61,288 nucleotides of DNA from an uncultured virus (IMG/VR IMGVR_UViG_2923073944_000003) (IMGVR_UViG_2923073944_000003:62001-123288), one strand, 5' to 3'; positions 7,630 to 17,028 are shown, counted from the first letter of the stretch. Made by a program: numbers and translations. Notes: generated from the sequence alone by a model not told the origin.

Positions 7630-9231
7630 TTATGATGTAAGCATGAGAAGCTTCAATGTATCCAGGATATAATAAGAAGCGTTCTTTACCGTTTCACTGT
7701 AAGATTGCGCACCCTCAAAATCATTAATTACGTCTTTTTCTTCTGCCGTCATATCCTGATATTTTACCTTGCCATACGAAGGAGGAAGCCAGTTTTTCTT
7801 TTGGCTGCCAAAGATATTAAATTTCTTTAGAATTTCCATATCTTTGAACTCGATGTGACATGTCCCTTTTTTATAAAAAGTTACATAGAAGTACTTTAAC
7901 TCTATTTTTTTCGTCTCCCCATAATGCTCAGCTAAATTTAAAGTTTCAACAATATTTATGTCTTCTGTCAATCCATTGTCAAGATAATTGAAAACTTTTT
8001 CGATATCTTTCAACTTTTCTAAGACCTTATAGTCTGTTGGATTATACCGACCATCTAGCCAGCTATACACGTTCAATGGAATAATTATTTTTTTATTAAT
8101 TTTATATGATTTATTTGTTTTCCACCCATTATATAAGTGCACATTTTTTGATGATTCATCATAGTAATGCTTGTGGCTAAATTCTTCAAAAAGGTTAAGT
8201 ATTGTATCTTCTACGCCCTGCGTCATCTCTTTACTCATCTGAATTCTTAATGTATAGATATTGAACAAAGAAAAATCATAATCTTTTAATTCCTCAACGT
8301 GCTGCAAATACTTTTGTTTCAGATTGCTTGTGAAGAGCCCCATAAATTGATCATTGTTAAATAACGTATTCCAATACTTCGCCCTAATTTGTTTTATATA
8401 TGCATTCTCTATGTCATTTTCTTCGGTATTCTTATCAATTTGCAGCTTCAATATTGGAGTACTGTCATCATTGAAACTATGCAGCATTAAGGGTTTCAAA
8501 CTGTTGTATTCATTGATTAATTTTAAACCCGCTTTGATTTCATAATTGAATTGTTCTACAATCCCTTTTATAAAGTCTGCATTCACCAACTGTGTTGCTT
8601 TATAATCCTCATTAATTCTATGAAACTCATCTTTTTTCAATTCTTCTATTAGAACGCTGTTATATTCTTGCATTTCAATGCATATGTATATTAGTGCCGT
8701 TTCAACTTCTGTGCTTCGCTCTGAACCCTGGAAACCGTTATGAATGTATTCGACTTCTGCATTTATTTCTTCTAGTTTACGTATGAGAAATTTTCTGTCA
8801 TTTGAATACGGATTTTTTAATGTTTCGGCGTTCAATAAGCAAACAATCTGGCCGGATCTTTGTTGCTTTTCAATTAATTCAATCGCCTTTAATAAATGTT
8901 TAACACCACTACTAAAAGGTGGATTCATAAAAATCAAATCATACTTCTTGTAAGTGTTAAACGTCATAAAATCATCTGCAATCACTCTGTAATCTTTGCC
9001 TCTAAGTATGTGTCGTAAGTTTTCATCTTGTTCAATTGTATCAATGTCATATTTCGAATTCCTTCTATAGTTGCTGGTGTTTTTAAATTGATTGTGAATA
9101 GCTTCTACTAAATTCCCTTTGCCTGCTGAGGGCTCCAGAACGGAGTTAATGTACTTCCATTCTACTTTAGATGTCATTTTTCGGATTAACTGTGGTGGTG
9201 TCGGATAAAAATCCGGATTATCTTTAAACAT
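7630..9231 (-). CDS. N6-adenine DNA methyltransferase with DUF4942-like C-terminal domain
   Basis: FYPTP, VLEPSAGKG (motif I), MNPPF (motif IV); C-terminal FYKKGTCHIEF. Confidence 0.85.
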   Translation of the reverse strand: MFKDNPDFYPTPPQLIRKMTSKVEWKYINSVLEPSAGKGNLVEAIHNQFKNTSNYRRNSKYDIDTIEQDENLRHILRGKDYRVIADDFMTFNTYKKYDLIFMNPPFSSGVKHLLKAIELIEKQQRSGQIVCLLNAETLKNPYSNDRKFLIRKLEEINAEVEYIHNGFQGSERSTEVETALIYICIEMQEYNSVLIEELKKDEFHRINEDYKATQLVNADFIKGIVEQFNYEIKAGLKLINEYNSLKPLMLHSFNDDSTPILKLQIDKNTEENDIENAYIKQIRAKYWNTLFNNDQFMGLFTSNLKQKYLQHVEELKDYDFSLFNIYTLRIQMSKEMTQGVEDTILNLFEEFSHKHYYDESSKNVHLYNGWKTNKSYKINKKIIIPLNVYSWLDGRYNPTDYKVLEKLKDIEKVFNYLDNGLTEDINIVETLNLAEHYGETKKIELKYFYVTFYKKGTCHIEFKDMEILKKFNIFGSQKKNWLPPSYGKVKYQDMTAEEKDVINDFEGAQSYSETVKNASYYILDTLKLLMLTS

Positions 9232-9282
9232 TTTGAGCTCCCCTTTTTAGGGAATGAGATGTTTTCCCATCCCCTCATTAGT

Positions 9283-11169
9283 TTATAGATTAGGCTTATA
9301 AGTGTTGATTATTGGTTTGAAGCCTTTTTTATTTAAATAACCTAAAACCTCATCGAATTGTCTTTTGTCGCAAGAGTGGTACTTACTATGAATTATTTTC
9401 ATTCCATCTGGTTTAACCTCTACATTATTCAATACTGTTTCGGGCAGCGAGTGCCACCCTTTGAACATCAATAATTCTGAATAGAAGTGACGAAAATATA
9501 ATTTTCTTTTACTTTCAGGCCGGTATGTCAACTTGACTGCATTATCATATTGGGCATATTTAGTTGGCCGGTAACTGTCATATGTTATTCTTTCAGTAAT
9601 TAAAGATCCAAGATCCGATATGTAAAACAGAGTATATTTTTCACCTTTTTCAAGATCAGCATTTTTAAATTGTTCTTGAATGCTGTCAACTTCATGGTGA
9701 ATTCTGTATAAAGCAATTTTTAATTTTTCTGCATCTGCTTGTTGGATAACATTTTTACTCAAATTTAAATTATTTAATTTCAATTTTTCTTTAAGTGAAG
9801 TTTTATATTTGTCCCAGTCTTCATTATTCCAGGTTGCAAATATATTTAATTCTTCAATGACTGAGCTAGAAAGATCTTCTATTTTTCCCGCTTGATGTTT
9901 TAACTCCTGCAATTCTTCATCTTTTACCGCTTGTTTATGAGAAATCGACTTTTCAATTTTGGCATTATCCACTAAGCCAACATATCTCGCATAAGAATAG
10001 CCTTGAGCGTCTATAACAAACTGCAATTTCCCGCCGTAGTACACTCCTACGCCATATAAATTCCATTTGACTGTGTTCTTTTCTAGATCGTCCATATTGT
10101 AATAATCAATCATTGAGTTGATTCTGTTGTCCTCCGTAAAGCTTCCACCGGTTTCCGCAAGAAAATCAAAATCATTTAAAAGCATGTTAGAAAAGTTGTT
10201 TAAAGCTTCTTCAGTATTGAAATGCACTTCTTTTGTAATTTTTACATTTTCGAGAGTAAAATCTCCTTTGGTAACCTCATCTTTATATTGATCAAGTGTG
10301 CTATTCTTATTTAAGTTTGCGAACTGTGAATCAATAACAAAATACTGTTGTTCTTCGTTCAATTGTTTTACTACAATTCTGCTATAGATATTTTCAATTT
10401 GTTTCTTTTCTTCTTGTTGCTGTCTCTTATATTCAGCATTTTTGATTTCTTGTTCTTTAAAATATTCCTGAAGTTCTTTTTCTTTTCTCGCTTTCTCGGC
10501 TCTTTCGAATTCTTCCATCTTTGAATCAAACAGTGTCATATCTTCTTTAATTTCTTCTGTTTGTTCTGTCACTGTGTATTCCCAATCTAATGAAACACGA
10601 CCATAGAAATTGTAACTACCTGCATAATCAGTGTATGGATCTGATGGGCTGTAGCAATGGCGATAATTGTTTAAAAGACTGTTGCAATAATCATAAATCG
10701 CAGTCAAATAAGCTGAGCCTTTTTCATAAGGACTTGATTTGATTTTGATGTTAATAGTGCTATGTAAATAGCTTCCCCCAGTAGTAACAGAGAATTTGCA
10801 TTGTGGGAAACGTTGTCTTATATGCTTTCTTATTTCCTTTGCCATTTCTTTTACTTCTTGTTCCTTATTTACTTCTAATTCACTCCATTGTGTTGCATCC
10901 CACAGACTCATATTTACACCCTTAGCTTTCTTTTTGGTTTTTGTGATTGTTTTAGAAGATGAGATTTCTTGTTTAGTGACACCATTAGCGACCTGCATTG
11001 ATTTTTCTGTCCGTTTGCTCCACCAACATTTTTTGAATCCAGAGTATCGAAAACCGTTTGATTTAAGATGAGTTAAAACCTCTTGTTCTGGTTTACTATC
11101 AAAATAAAGTTCAATCCCGTTTAACTCTTCGTTAATTCTTAAAACAGCTGTCATTTTCAACCTCTCCAT
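9283..11169 (-). CDS. Large polyvalent-type protein with LPD29-like domain
   Basis: N-terminal GIELYFDSKP...LKSNGFRYS..WW module; AKEIRKHIRQRFPQCKFSV motif. Confidence 0.65.
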   Translation of the reverse strand: MERLKMTAVLRINEELNGIELYFDSKPEQEVLTHLKSNGFRYSGFKKCWWSKRTEKSMQVANGVTKQEISSSKTITKTKKKAKGVNMSLWDATQWSELEVNKEQEVKEMAKEIRKHIRQRFPQCKFSVTTGGSYLHSTINIKIKSSPYEKGSAYLTAIYDYCNSLLNNYRHCYSPSDPYTDYAGSYNFYGRVSLDWEYTVTEQTEEIKEDMTLFDSKMEEFERAEKARKEKELQEYFKEQEIKNAEYKRQQQEEKKQIENIYSRIVVKQLNEEQQYFVIDSQFANLNKNSTLDQYKDEVTKGDFTLENVKITKEVHFNTEEALNNFSNMLLNDFDFLAETGGSFTEDNRINSMIDYYNMDDLEKNTVKWNLYGVGVYYGGKLQFVIDAQGYSYARYVGLVDNAKIEKSISHKQAVKDEELQELKHQAGKIEDLSSSVIEELNIFATWNNEDWDKYKTSLKEKLKLNNLNLSKNVIQQADAEKLKIALYRIHHEVDSIQEQFKNADLEKGEKYTLFYISDLGSLITERITYDSYRPTKYAQYDNAVKLTYRPESKRKLYFRHFYSELLMFKGWHSLPETVLNNVEVKPDGMKIIHSKYHSCDKRQFDEVLGYLNKKGFKPIINTYKPNL

Positions 11170-11180
11170 TCTTTATAATA

Positions 11181-11278
11181 ATTTTATTTTTATTCTAAAT
11201 GTATGTAATCCTTTGACTTGATTTAATTTTAACATGATCACTTTAAATATTCAATAGTTATTTTATTTTTATTCTAAA
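11181..11278 (-). promoter_or_regulatory. sigmaA-like promoter (TTGAAT-17-TAAAAT, extended TG) flanked by two TTTAGAATAAAAATAAAAT boxes, with a TGATCACTTTAA box
   Basis: Boxes 11181-11199 and 11260-11278; -35 11249-11254; -10 11226-11231. Confidence 0.7.
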
Positions 11279-11460
11279 AAAAGAAAAACATATTATCGAG
11301 GTTCAGCTTGCTGAAACGAGACGGCCGTAAAGGCACTTTCTTTACGGACGAATTTATTATTTTTTATTTAATTATTTTTCTGGTTCTCCTTAAGACTTAG
11401 GCTCTAAAACCCTTGATATGACTGGCTTATTTTTTAAGTTTAAGAGGTTTGTCCTCTTTA

Positions 11461-12678
11461 TCAGGTATCGAGCCAGTTTGTAAGCAGCTTCCTCATTCTC
11501 AAAGAAGGTATGTACAAAGTTATTTCTTCTCCATCCCTAATAGCTGACCTCCATACCCATTGCACTAACTCAGACAATGCAAATGCGTCCTGGTCTATTG
11601 TAATACTGTACTTTTCTTTAAAATAATTATACAGAACAGTATTCGTATATCTGTTTATTGTATATGCTAAGTGTTTCTTATGCTTAAACTCATTTGTTGC
11701 ACGTGCATTACATGAGACAAACCCCTTTGTATACCCATTACCCTTTATTCTGTTCTTATGGTCTGAATAAGTCGTCCACATAGCTTCATCACTTGACGAC
11801 TTAACAATATTATTAAAGTAATTGAATACATTGTTCTTCACCTTTTTGATTGTGTAAGGTGATTTATTTTTATACCAATTAGAAGACAGTGAAAACTCCA
11901 GTTGTCCTATTGTGTTTAGATTACCTTCATATATTTTTATTTTGTTTCTTAACTCTTTCTTAAAGCTCCTTTCATAATCAGTACTGTGATCAATGAACCT
12001 ATACTGCCCATCCATGTAAGCTGAAATGTACTTTTGATACTTAATGTTGTTCAGATCGTAGTAATACTTTTGTATTTGAGCATCAAACATATATGTAAGT
12101 ATGTAAACCTCCTTGAATAACTGGAATACGTCGGCAGGAAAGTTCCAAATCAATATATTGTCTTTGAAATACATTAGGTTGTTATTTAAAGCCATATCTC
12201 GAATATCATCGTATCGTGTTTCATAGTCTTTTTTTTCTTCATTCCATTTGACAAAACCGTTTTCAACATAGATCAAATTGGAATCAAACAGTGTTGTTAG
12301 ATCATGTTTCTTCACCTGTAATTGTTCCACTACTTCCATGACTTCATCTAATATCAGTGTGTAATTACCTGCAAGTATAAGTTCCTTTGTCTCGTCGTTT
12401 GCATTTTTAAAAAGGTTATGAGTTGCCACAATGTTTTTATTCTGTGATAAGAGTTCGTGAAAGGATTCAAACTTATATTGTGTTTTATCACCTTTCTTCT
12501 TTACTTTAGGTTCGAAAAATTGTTTGGACTTTATGCTTTTCTTTATGCGCTCAACTTCATTTAAATAAGGTGTGATGAATATAAAGGTTTCTTCTTTACT
12601 GGCAGAATTCATTTTGTTAATCGCTGCAGATGTTTTACCGCTCCCCATAACCGAATCAACTATTTTAATTTTATTCAT
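11461..12678 (-). CDS. yonV: YonV-like P-loop (SF2 helicase-like) protein
   Basis: DSVMGSGKT Walker A, LILDEV Walker B, QWVWRSAIR motif; size and synteny. Confidence 0.8.
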   Translation of the reverse strand: MNKIKIVDSVMGSGKTSAAINKMNSASKEETFIFITPYLNEVERIKKSIKSKQFFEPKVKKKGDKTQYKFESFHELLSQNKNIVATHNLFKNANDETKELILAGNYTLILDEVMEVVEQLQVKKHDLTTLFDSNLIYVENGFVKWNEEKKDYETRYDDIRDMALNNNLMYFKDNILIWNFPADVFQLFKEVYILTYMFDAQIQKYYYDLNNIKYQKYISAYMDGQYRFIDHSTDYERSFKKELRNKIKIYEGNLNTIGQLEFSLSSNWYKNKSPYTIKKVKNNVFNYFNNIVKSSSDEAMWTTYSDHKNRIKGNGYTKGFVSCNARATNEFKHKKHLAYTINRYTNTVLYNYFKEKYSITIDQDAFALSELVQWVWRSAIRDGEEITLYIPSLRMRKLLTNWLDT

Positions 12679-12698
12679 AATATATACAGACTTCCCCC

Positions 12699-13547
12699 TT
12701 AAATATTATATATCCATTGTGAAAGCAGCTTTTCCATTCTCATCGAAGGAATGAACACTGTTAAAGGCTTATTGATATTGCCACAGTTTATTATCCATTT
12801 TAAAATCAAAGATAAAGCGTATGTATCTTCATCTAGAGATGACAACTCGTTATATTTCGCAATCAAAAACGAGTTTGGGAAACAATTGGCTGCAAAGCAC
12901 AGATAACTTTTCTTTTCCTTTAGCTCTTGACCATTGAGAGGCACGAATCTTTTCTTGTTTCCTTTGAATTCTAATTGTCTCGCATATTGTGTGAATGTTG
13001 TCCAGCAACGCTCTTGACTAGTTGATTTTGTTTGATTATAAAAATAATTATTCATATTCAATTTTAATTGTTGCACAGCACCACCAGAGTTTTTATTGAA
13101 CCAAGTTTTACTGTAGTCGTATCTGTTATTTCCGCTATGAAGCAACTTACCTTTCTTCTCGTGGATTATTAAGTTTTTCTTTAAGAGATGCAGAGTTCTC
13201 GCTGAAAGGTTTTTACAATAAAACACATCTTCTACGAAACTAGAAGGAGCTGAAATGCTCCGCATTGTAGTGGAGCTTAGAACATTATATAGACAGTCTG
13301 TGTCCTCTCCATCTAGCCACATCTGTTCTATTTTTAATAAATCCTTTTTCTTTTCTACATGCTCCAATATTTCGAATGTGAAATCATTTAAGCTATGTTT
13401 ATCCCAATCTTTCTGAAGGAGATGAGAATGGTGAACTCCGTAATGTAGATCATTTATATGTTGTTCCCAACGTTTGAATACATTTATGCTACTTCCTATA
13501 TATTTTTTTCCATTATGCTTATTTGTTATCTGATATATTCCTTTCAT
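12699..13547 (-). CDS. GIY-YIG nuclease domain fused to a paralog of the YonV C-terminal domain
   Basis: MKGIYQITNKHNGKKYIGSS..RWEQH..E..YN; C-terminal half aligns by eye to YonV C-terminus. Confidence 0.8.
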   Translation of the reverse strand: MKGIYQITNKHNGKKYIGSSINVFKRWEQHINDLHYGVHHSHLLQKDWDKHSLNDFTFEILEHVEKKKDLLKIEQMWLDGEDTDCLYNVLSSTTMRSISAPSSFVEDVFYCKNLSARTLHLLKKNLIIHEKKGKLLHSGNNRYDYSKTWFNKNSGGAVQQLKLNMNNYFYNQTKSTSQERCWTTFTQYARQLEFKGNKKRFVPLNGQELKEKKSYLCFAANCFPNSFLIAKYNELSSLDEDTYALSLILKWIINCGNINKPLTVFIPSMRMEKLLSQWIYNI

Positions 13548-13781
13548 TTTAACTCCTTATAATTTCTTTTTAAAAAGGAACGATAAACAATATACCGCTC
13601 CTTCTTATGTCTTAAATTCAATTGTTAGTTCTCTCTTCAAGATCATTAAAGTATCCTTCCAGCCTGGAAAATGAAAATGAATCACATAGATGAAATTTCT
13701 CCAGGTTCATTTGTGTCAATCCATTTTTCTGTCCCACTCACCTCTATAGGCACCTTTAATTGTGATGTCAGTTAGATTTGT

Positions 13782-13985
13782 TTACCTTCTTTTGGCGTAT
13801 ACAAAGTAAGCGATCCATAATAAAATGATGATGATACACGTTACTATGAAGATACCTGTAATAAGCGACTGTGTTCCGCTGCTGAAGTAATCTTTGATGA
13901 AGAGGAACAATAAGAATAAAACAATAAATGTTATGTTCGTAAACCATAATGAGAATCGTTTCATATTTACAATGTGCTTGTCCAT
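13782..13985 (-). CDS. yoyJ: YoyJ-like small two-TM protein of the yonT TA locus
   Basis: Hydrophobic 67 aa directly downstream of yonT. Confidence 0.7.
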   Translation of the reverse strand: MDKHIVNMKRFSLWFTNITFIVLFLLFLFIKDYFSSGTQSLITGIFIVTCIIIILLWIAYFVYAKRR

Positions 13986-13998
13986 GTTATAATATGGG

Positions 13999-14096
13999 TA
14001 GTAACTAAAGGGGAACTTAATCCCCTTTAGAGGTTTATCGGCGTATACGTTTGCGTTGTCTCTTGCTACGGAGGCGCTTGCGTGTACGCTTTTTCT
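13999..14096 (+). ncRNA. SR6-like antisense antitoxin RNA (boundaries approximate)
   Basis: Promoter TTTACA(13966)...TG-n-TATAAT(13988); hairpin CTAAAGGGGA/TCCCCTTTAG; terminator GCGTATACG/CGTGTACGC + T-run; antisense to yonT 3' end. Confidence 0.7.
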
Positions 14097-14214
14097 TTTT
14101 GCTTTTCTTATTCTTCATCAGGTTTTGAATCTTCTCAGCTATCGTTAAACAGTTGATGATTAAAACCGTGATAGGAATAAGGAAAGCAATTGTTATACCC
14201 ACTTTCTCAAGCAC
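14035..14214 (-). CDS. yonT: YonT type I toxin (TM helix + very basic tail; GTG start at 14214)
   Basis: MLEKVGITIAFLIPITVLIINCLTI...KRQRKRIRR; SD AGGAGGTG; promoter ATGACT-17-TATAAT at 14242-14270. Confidence 0.85.
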   Translation of the reverse strand: MLEKVGITIAFLIPITVLIINCLTIAEKIQNLMKNKKSKKKKRTRKRLRSKRQRKRIRR

Positions 14215-15164
14215 TCTTTTCACCTCCTTTCCAATAACTCTATTATAACACATTTTTCCTACAAAGTCATTTTATTTTTACTCTTAAAACGGATTTTTTT
14301 AAATTATTTCGGACATTATTTATGGGTGTTTATAGGCTGTATAAGGCGTGTATGTGGATTGGGCACCCAATAATACTATGATTAATTTAAAATTGATTCT
14401 AGGTGTATTAGAATGCTTCTGATGGTTTGTTAGTGTGTTATGGGATGGATATATGATGATGTGTGGTGAAGGAAACGGATAGAGATGATTAGGCAAGATG
14501 AGGATATGTAATGGTGGATGTAATGAGATGAAGGTATATGATTAGAGTGAATATAAAATAGGTGTGTGGATTAGATGAAAATTGTATAGGAAAGATAACA
14601 CTTCGATTCATTCCCCTTCGTTATACACACGATTATTTTTAATGAATGGGTATTCACTTTTAAATTGACCGCTTTATTATTTTTTCAAAAATAAATATTG
14701 TTTTTCATTTGAAATTGTGTTAGAAGTCTAAATTTATCAGACAAATCATAAAAACCCTACATAACGTATCTTATATAGGGAATTCAATACCAATATATAG
14801 GGGGTATATTAACATCTAAAGGCTAAAAAACAGGAACAAATGTACCCCTAGCACTTCCATTTCCACACCCAACTTATTTTTTCACTTTCCCATTTTTCAG
14901 CCTATTTTCACATCGTAATCGCTATCGTAAAAGCCTATAGTATCAATGTTTTTCTACCCCTCATTCTTCCCTTTTTCATCAAATTTTTAACTCAACGTCC
15001 ACTTTTCCTCTCTCCTGTCTACGTTTTACGATCACAAAACACCTATTATCCCCTTTGACAGCTCTAAAACATTGCTATATCAACTAATTAACCCTTTCCG
15101 ATCTTCATTCACGATACGCACTTTTTTAGCTCACGATCACTAAGGGGGGTCATAAAAAATCAAA

Positions 15165-15192
15165 ATAAAAAGCCACCTTAGTAGGCAGCTTC
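15165..15192 (-). terminator. Intrinsic terminator downstream of the tubulin-like gene
   Basis: Minus strand AAGCTGCCT-ACTA-AGGTGGCTT followed by T-rich tract. Confidence 0.6.
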
Positions 15193-15201
15193 CCTTTAAA
15201 A

Positions 15202-16314
15202 TTAGCGCTTTAGTCTCTTCAGTGCCTCCATATACGAGGTCTTTTTCGATTCCTTGTTCTCTAGCTTCCTCGGCTTGAATAAATCCTTTCTACGGCGATT
15301 CTTCGCTTTATAAACAGTTGTTTCTTTAACTTCAGTGTTTCCATTTTCAATTAAATCATCTAACTGCTTCATCCGTTCATTGATCCAGGTTAACCCGCTA
15401 AGAATCGTTATCGCCCTATTACCTTTATCATAATGCCCCTTAAATAAGTCTAAAGGCATCTTGTTATCAAAGACATTAAACAGCTCATTATACGATATAT
15501 GCTCCGTTAAGAACTCATGAACATCTAGGATAACTCCAGCTCTCATCACATTTGTAAACTCAACAGGAGTAAATATCGAATTGTTCCACGACTTCTGTAT
15601 ATCTTCATGCAGCTTATCAAAATACTTGCCCTCATTTGTAAATTCATTGAGGTTTGTTTGGGCAATAGTCATGATTCCTGGCGTATCAAAAAGCTGATTT
15701 AAATCCTTCCTGTCTAGTGTGCTGATCTTGGATCCTCTGTCCGTGTAATTAAGTAAGACTTCAATTAAATCCAGGAACAGCTTGTTTGTCTCCTTGTAAA
15801 GCCTACTCTCAGAGATGTTTCCTTCATGTTTACTCAAAACCATTTGATTATCCAAAGGTAAAACACATGTCTCTGGCATAGATAAGTCATCAAGTAACTC
15901 CAGTGAATTCATCTGGTTAACCAATACCTCATTGTTGTCAGGGAGGATTGGTACAGCAACTATTGTTTTATGAGTAAGACATTCGTTTAACAATTCTAAT
16001 AATATAGGGGCTACCCCTGAACCGGTTCCACCAGCTGCAGAAAAAACTACGAAAATAACTTGTACTGAAGGCTTTTCCATTGTGTTCTTTATGAACTCAA
16101 TAGAGGACTCCCAGTTATTTTTCATATGTTTCGCTGCTACGTTTCTGTCTTTACCTACTCCTTCTGTCCCTACCAGATGAAGCTTATCTTGAATATTGAT
16201 TAATGAATTAAGGTCTGAAAGTGAATAATTTATTGCAACAGAATGAAATCCTCTCTTCATTGCTTCATCCGCTATACTTCCACCGGCCTGACCAACTCCA
16301 ATAAATCCAAACAT
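15202..16314 (-). CDS. Tubulin/FtsZ-superfamily GTPase (TubZ/RepX-like)
   Basis: FIGVGQAGGSIA, GVGKD, tubulin signature AAGGTGSG, LDN, LDRKDL (T7 loop); basic C-terminal tail. Confidence 0.88.
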   Translation of the reverse strand: MFGFIGVGQAGGSIADEAMKRGFHSVAINYSLSDLNSLINIQDKLHLVGTEGVGKDRNVAAKHMKNNWESSIEFIKNTMEKPSVQVIFVVFSAAGGTGSGVAPILLELLNECLTHKTIVAVPILPDNNEVLVNQMNSLELLDDLSMPETCVLPLDNQMVLSKHEGNISESRLYKETNKLFLDLIEVLLNYTDRGSKISTLDRKDLNQLFDTPGIMTIAQTNLNEFTNEGKYFDKLHEDIQKSWNNSIFTPVEFTNVMRAGVILDVHEFLTEHISYNELFNVFDNKMPLDLFKGHYDKGNRAITILSGLTWINERMKQLDDLIENGNTEVKETTVYKAKNRRRKDLFKPRKLENKESKKTSYMEALKRLKR

Positions 16315-16598
16315 TAAACCCTCTCCCCTTCTAATTGATATCTCAAAGCTTCTTGACCATATTGAGTAATAAAAATTGTATGCTCTTTACTGTTTTTCAC
16401 TATATTAATAAACTGCAAGGCCTCAAGACGATCAATGCTCTTTCTAAAAGTAGCATCAGTTAGTTGAGTTTTAGCTTGAATGGTTTTCTTCCTAATTGAT
16501 TTAAACTTTAAATCAGCCCCTTCATCGCTCAATAAGCCTAGAATATACAGATCATTTCGAGTTAAGTTGTCAATGACAGAAGCAAAATAAGTATCCAT
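16314..16598 (-). CDS. Winged-helix DNA-binding protein (TubR-like adaptor candidate); likely start ATG 16598
   Basis: SD AGGAGGG; LTRNDLYILGLL...TDATFRKSIDRLEALQFI...FITQYG wHTH pattern; stop overlaps tubulin start. Confidence 0.7.
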   Translation of the reverse strand: MDTYFASVIDNLTRNDLYILGLLSDEGADLKFKSIRKKTIQAKTQLTDATFRKSIDRLEALQFINIVKNSKEHTIFITQYGQEALRYQLEGERV

Positions 16599-16652
16599 GT
16601 GACCCCTCCTTAATATCTGATGATTTTGAAGTATCTTGGTTGATATACAATT

Positions 16653-16707
16653 ATTATATTGCCTATTTGCATTTAAATGCAAATATTTTTGTATCTTAAT
16701 GCAAATA
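16653..16707. promoter_or_regulatory. Perfect 22-bp palindrome TATTTGCATTTAAATGCAAATA (16664-16685) over the -35 of the leftward promoter, plus an extra half-site
   Basis: Read directly; TATAAT on minus strand at 16653-16658; ATGCAAATA again at 16699-16707. Confidence 0.65.
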
Positions 16708-16776
16708 ATCATACTCTGCTTGTATGTAAACCGGTCATTTTATAAAATTTATTCAAACAGCAAAAGGATGATTTAA

Positions 16777-17013
16777 ATGGAATATAGGGTTAAAAGTAAG
16801 TTGGATTCATTTCTAAACAGCAAAGGTATTGAAAAAGGCTGGTTAGCAGAGCAAATAAAAGCTGAAAGAGCAAGTATATCTAGATGGTGTAAAAATGACA
16901 GCGAGGGATTTGCAACCGTCCTCCCTAGTACATACAATCTTTTATTGATGGCACATATTCTAAATTGTAAAGTTGACGATCTTTTTGAATTAATCGAAAT
17001 TAAATCCAATTAA
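16777..17013 (+). CDS. XRE-family helix-turn-helix regulator
   Basis: KLDSFLNSKGIEKGWLAEQIKAERASISRW...AHILNCKVDDLF. Confidence 0.85.
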   Translation: MEYRVKSKLDSFLNSKGIEKGWLAEQIKAERASISRWCKNDSEGFATVLPSTYNLLLMAHILNCKVDDLFELIEIKSN

Positions 17014-17028
17014 CTTTGGATTTTTATG

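Noticed and set aside
13600..13780. Short minus-strand ORFs between yoyJ and the GIY-YIG gene
   Set aside because: Under 40 codons, poor SD spacing, no recognisable similarity
14833..14846. GGAACAAATGTACC as a LexA/DinR SOS box
   Set aside because: Mismatch in the conserved GTTC half and no clear adjacent promoter
16599..16712. N-terminal extension of the wHTH ORF (track start 16712)
   Set aside because: Region holds the promoter and palindrome; SD supports ATG at 16598
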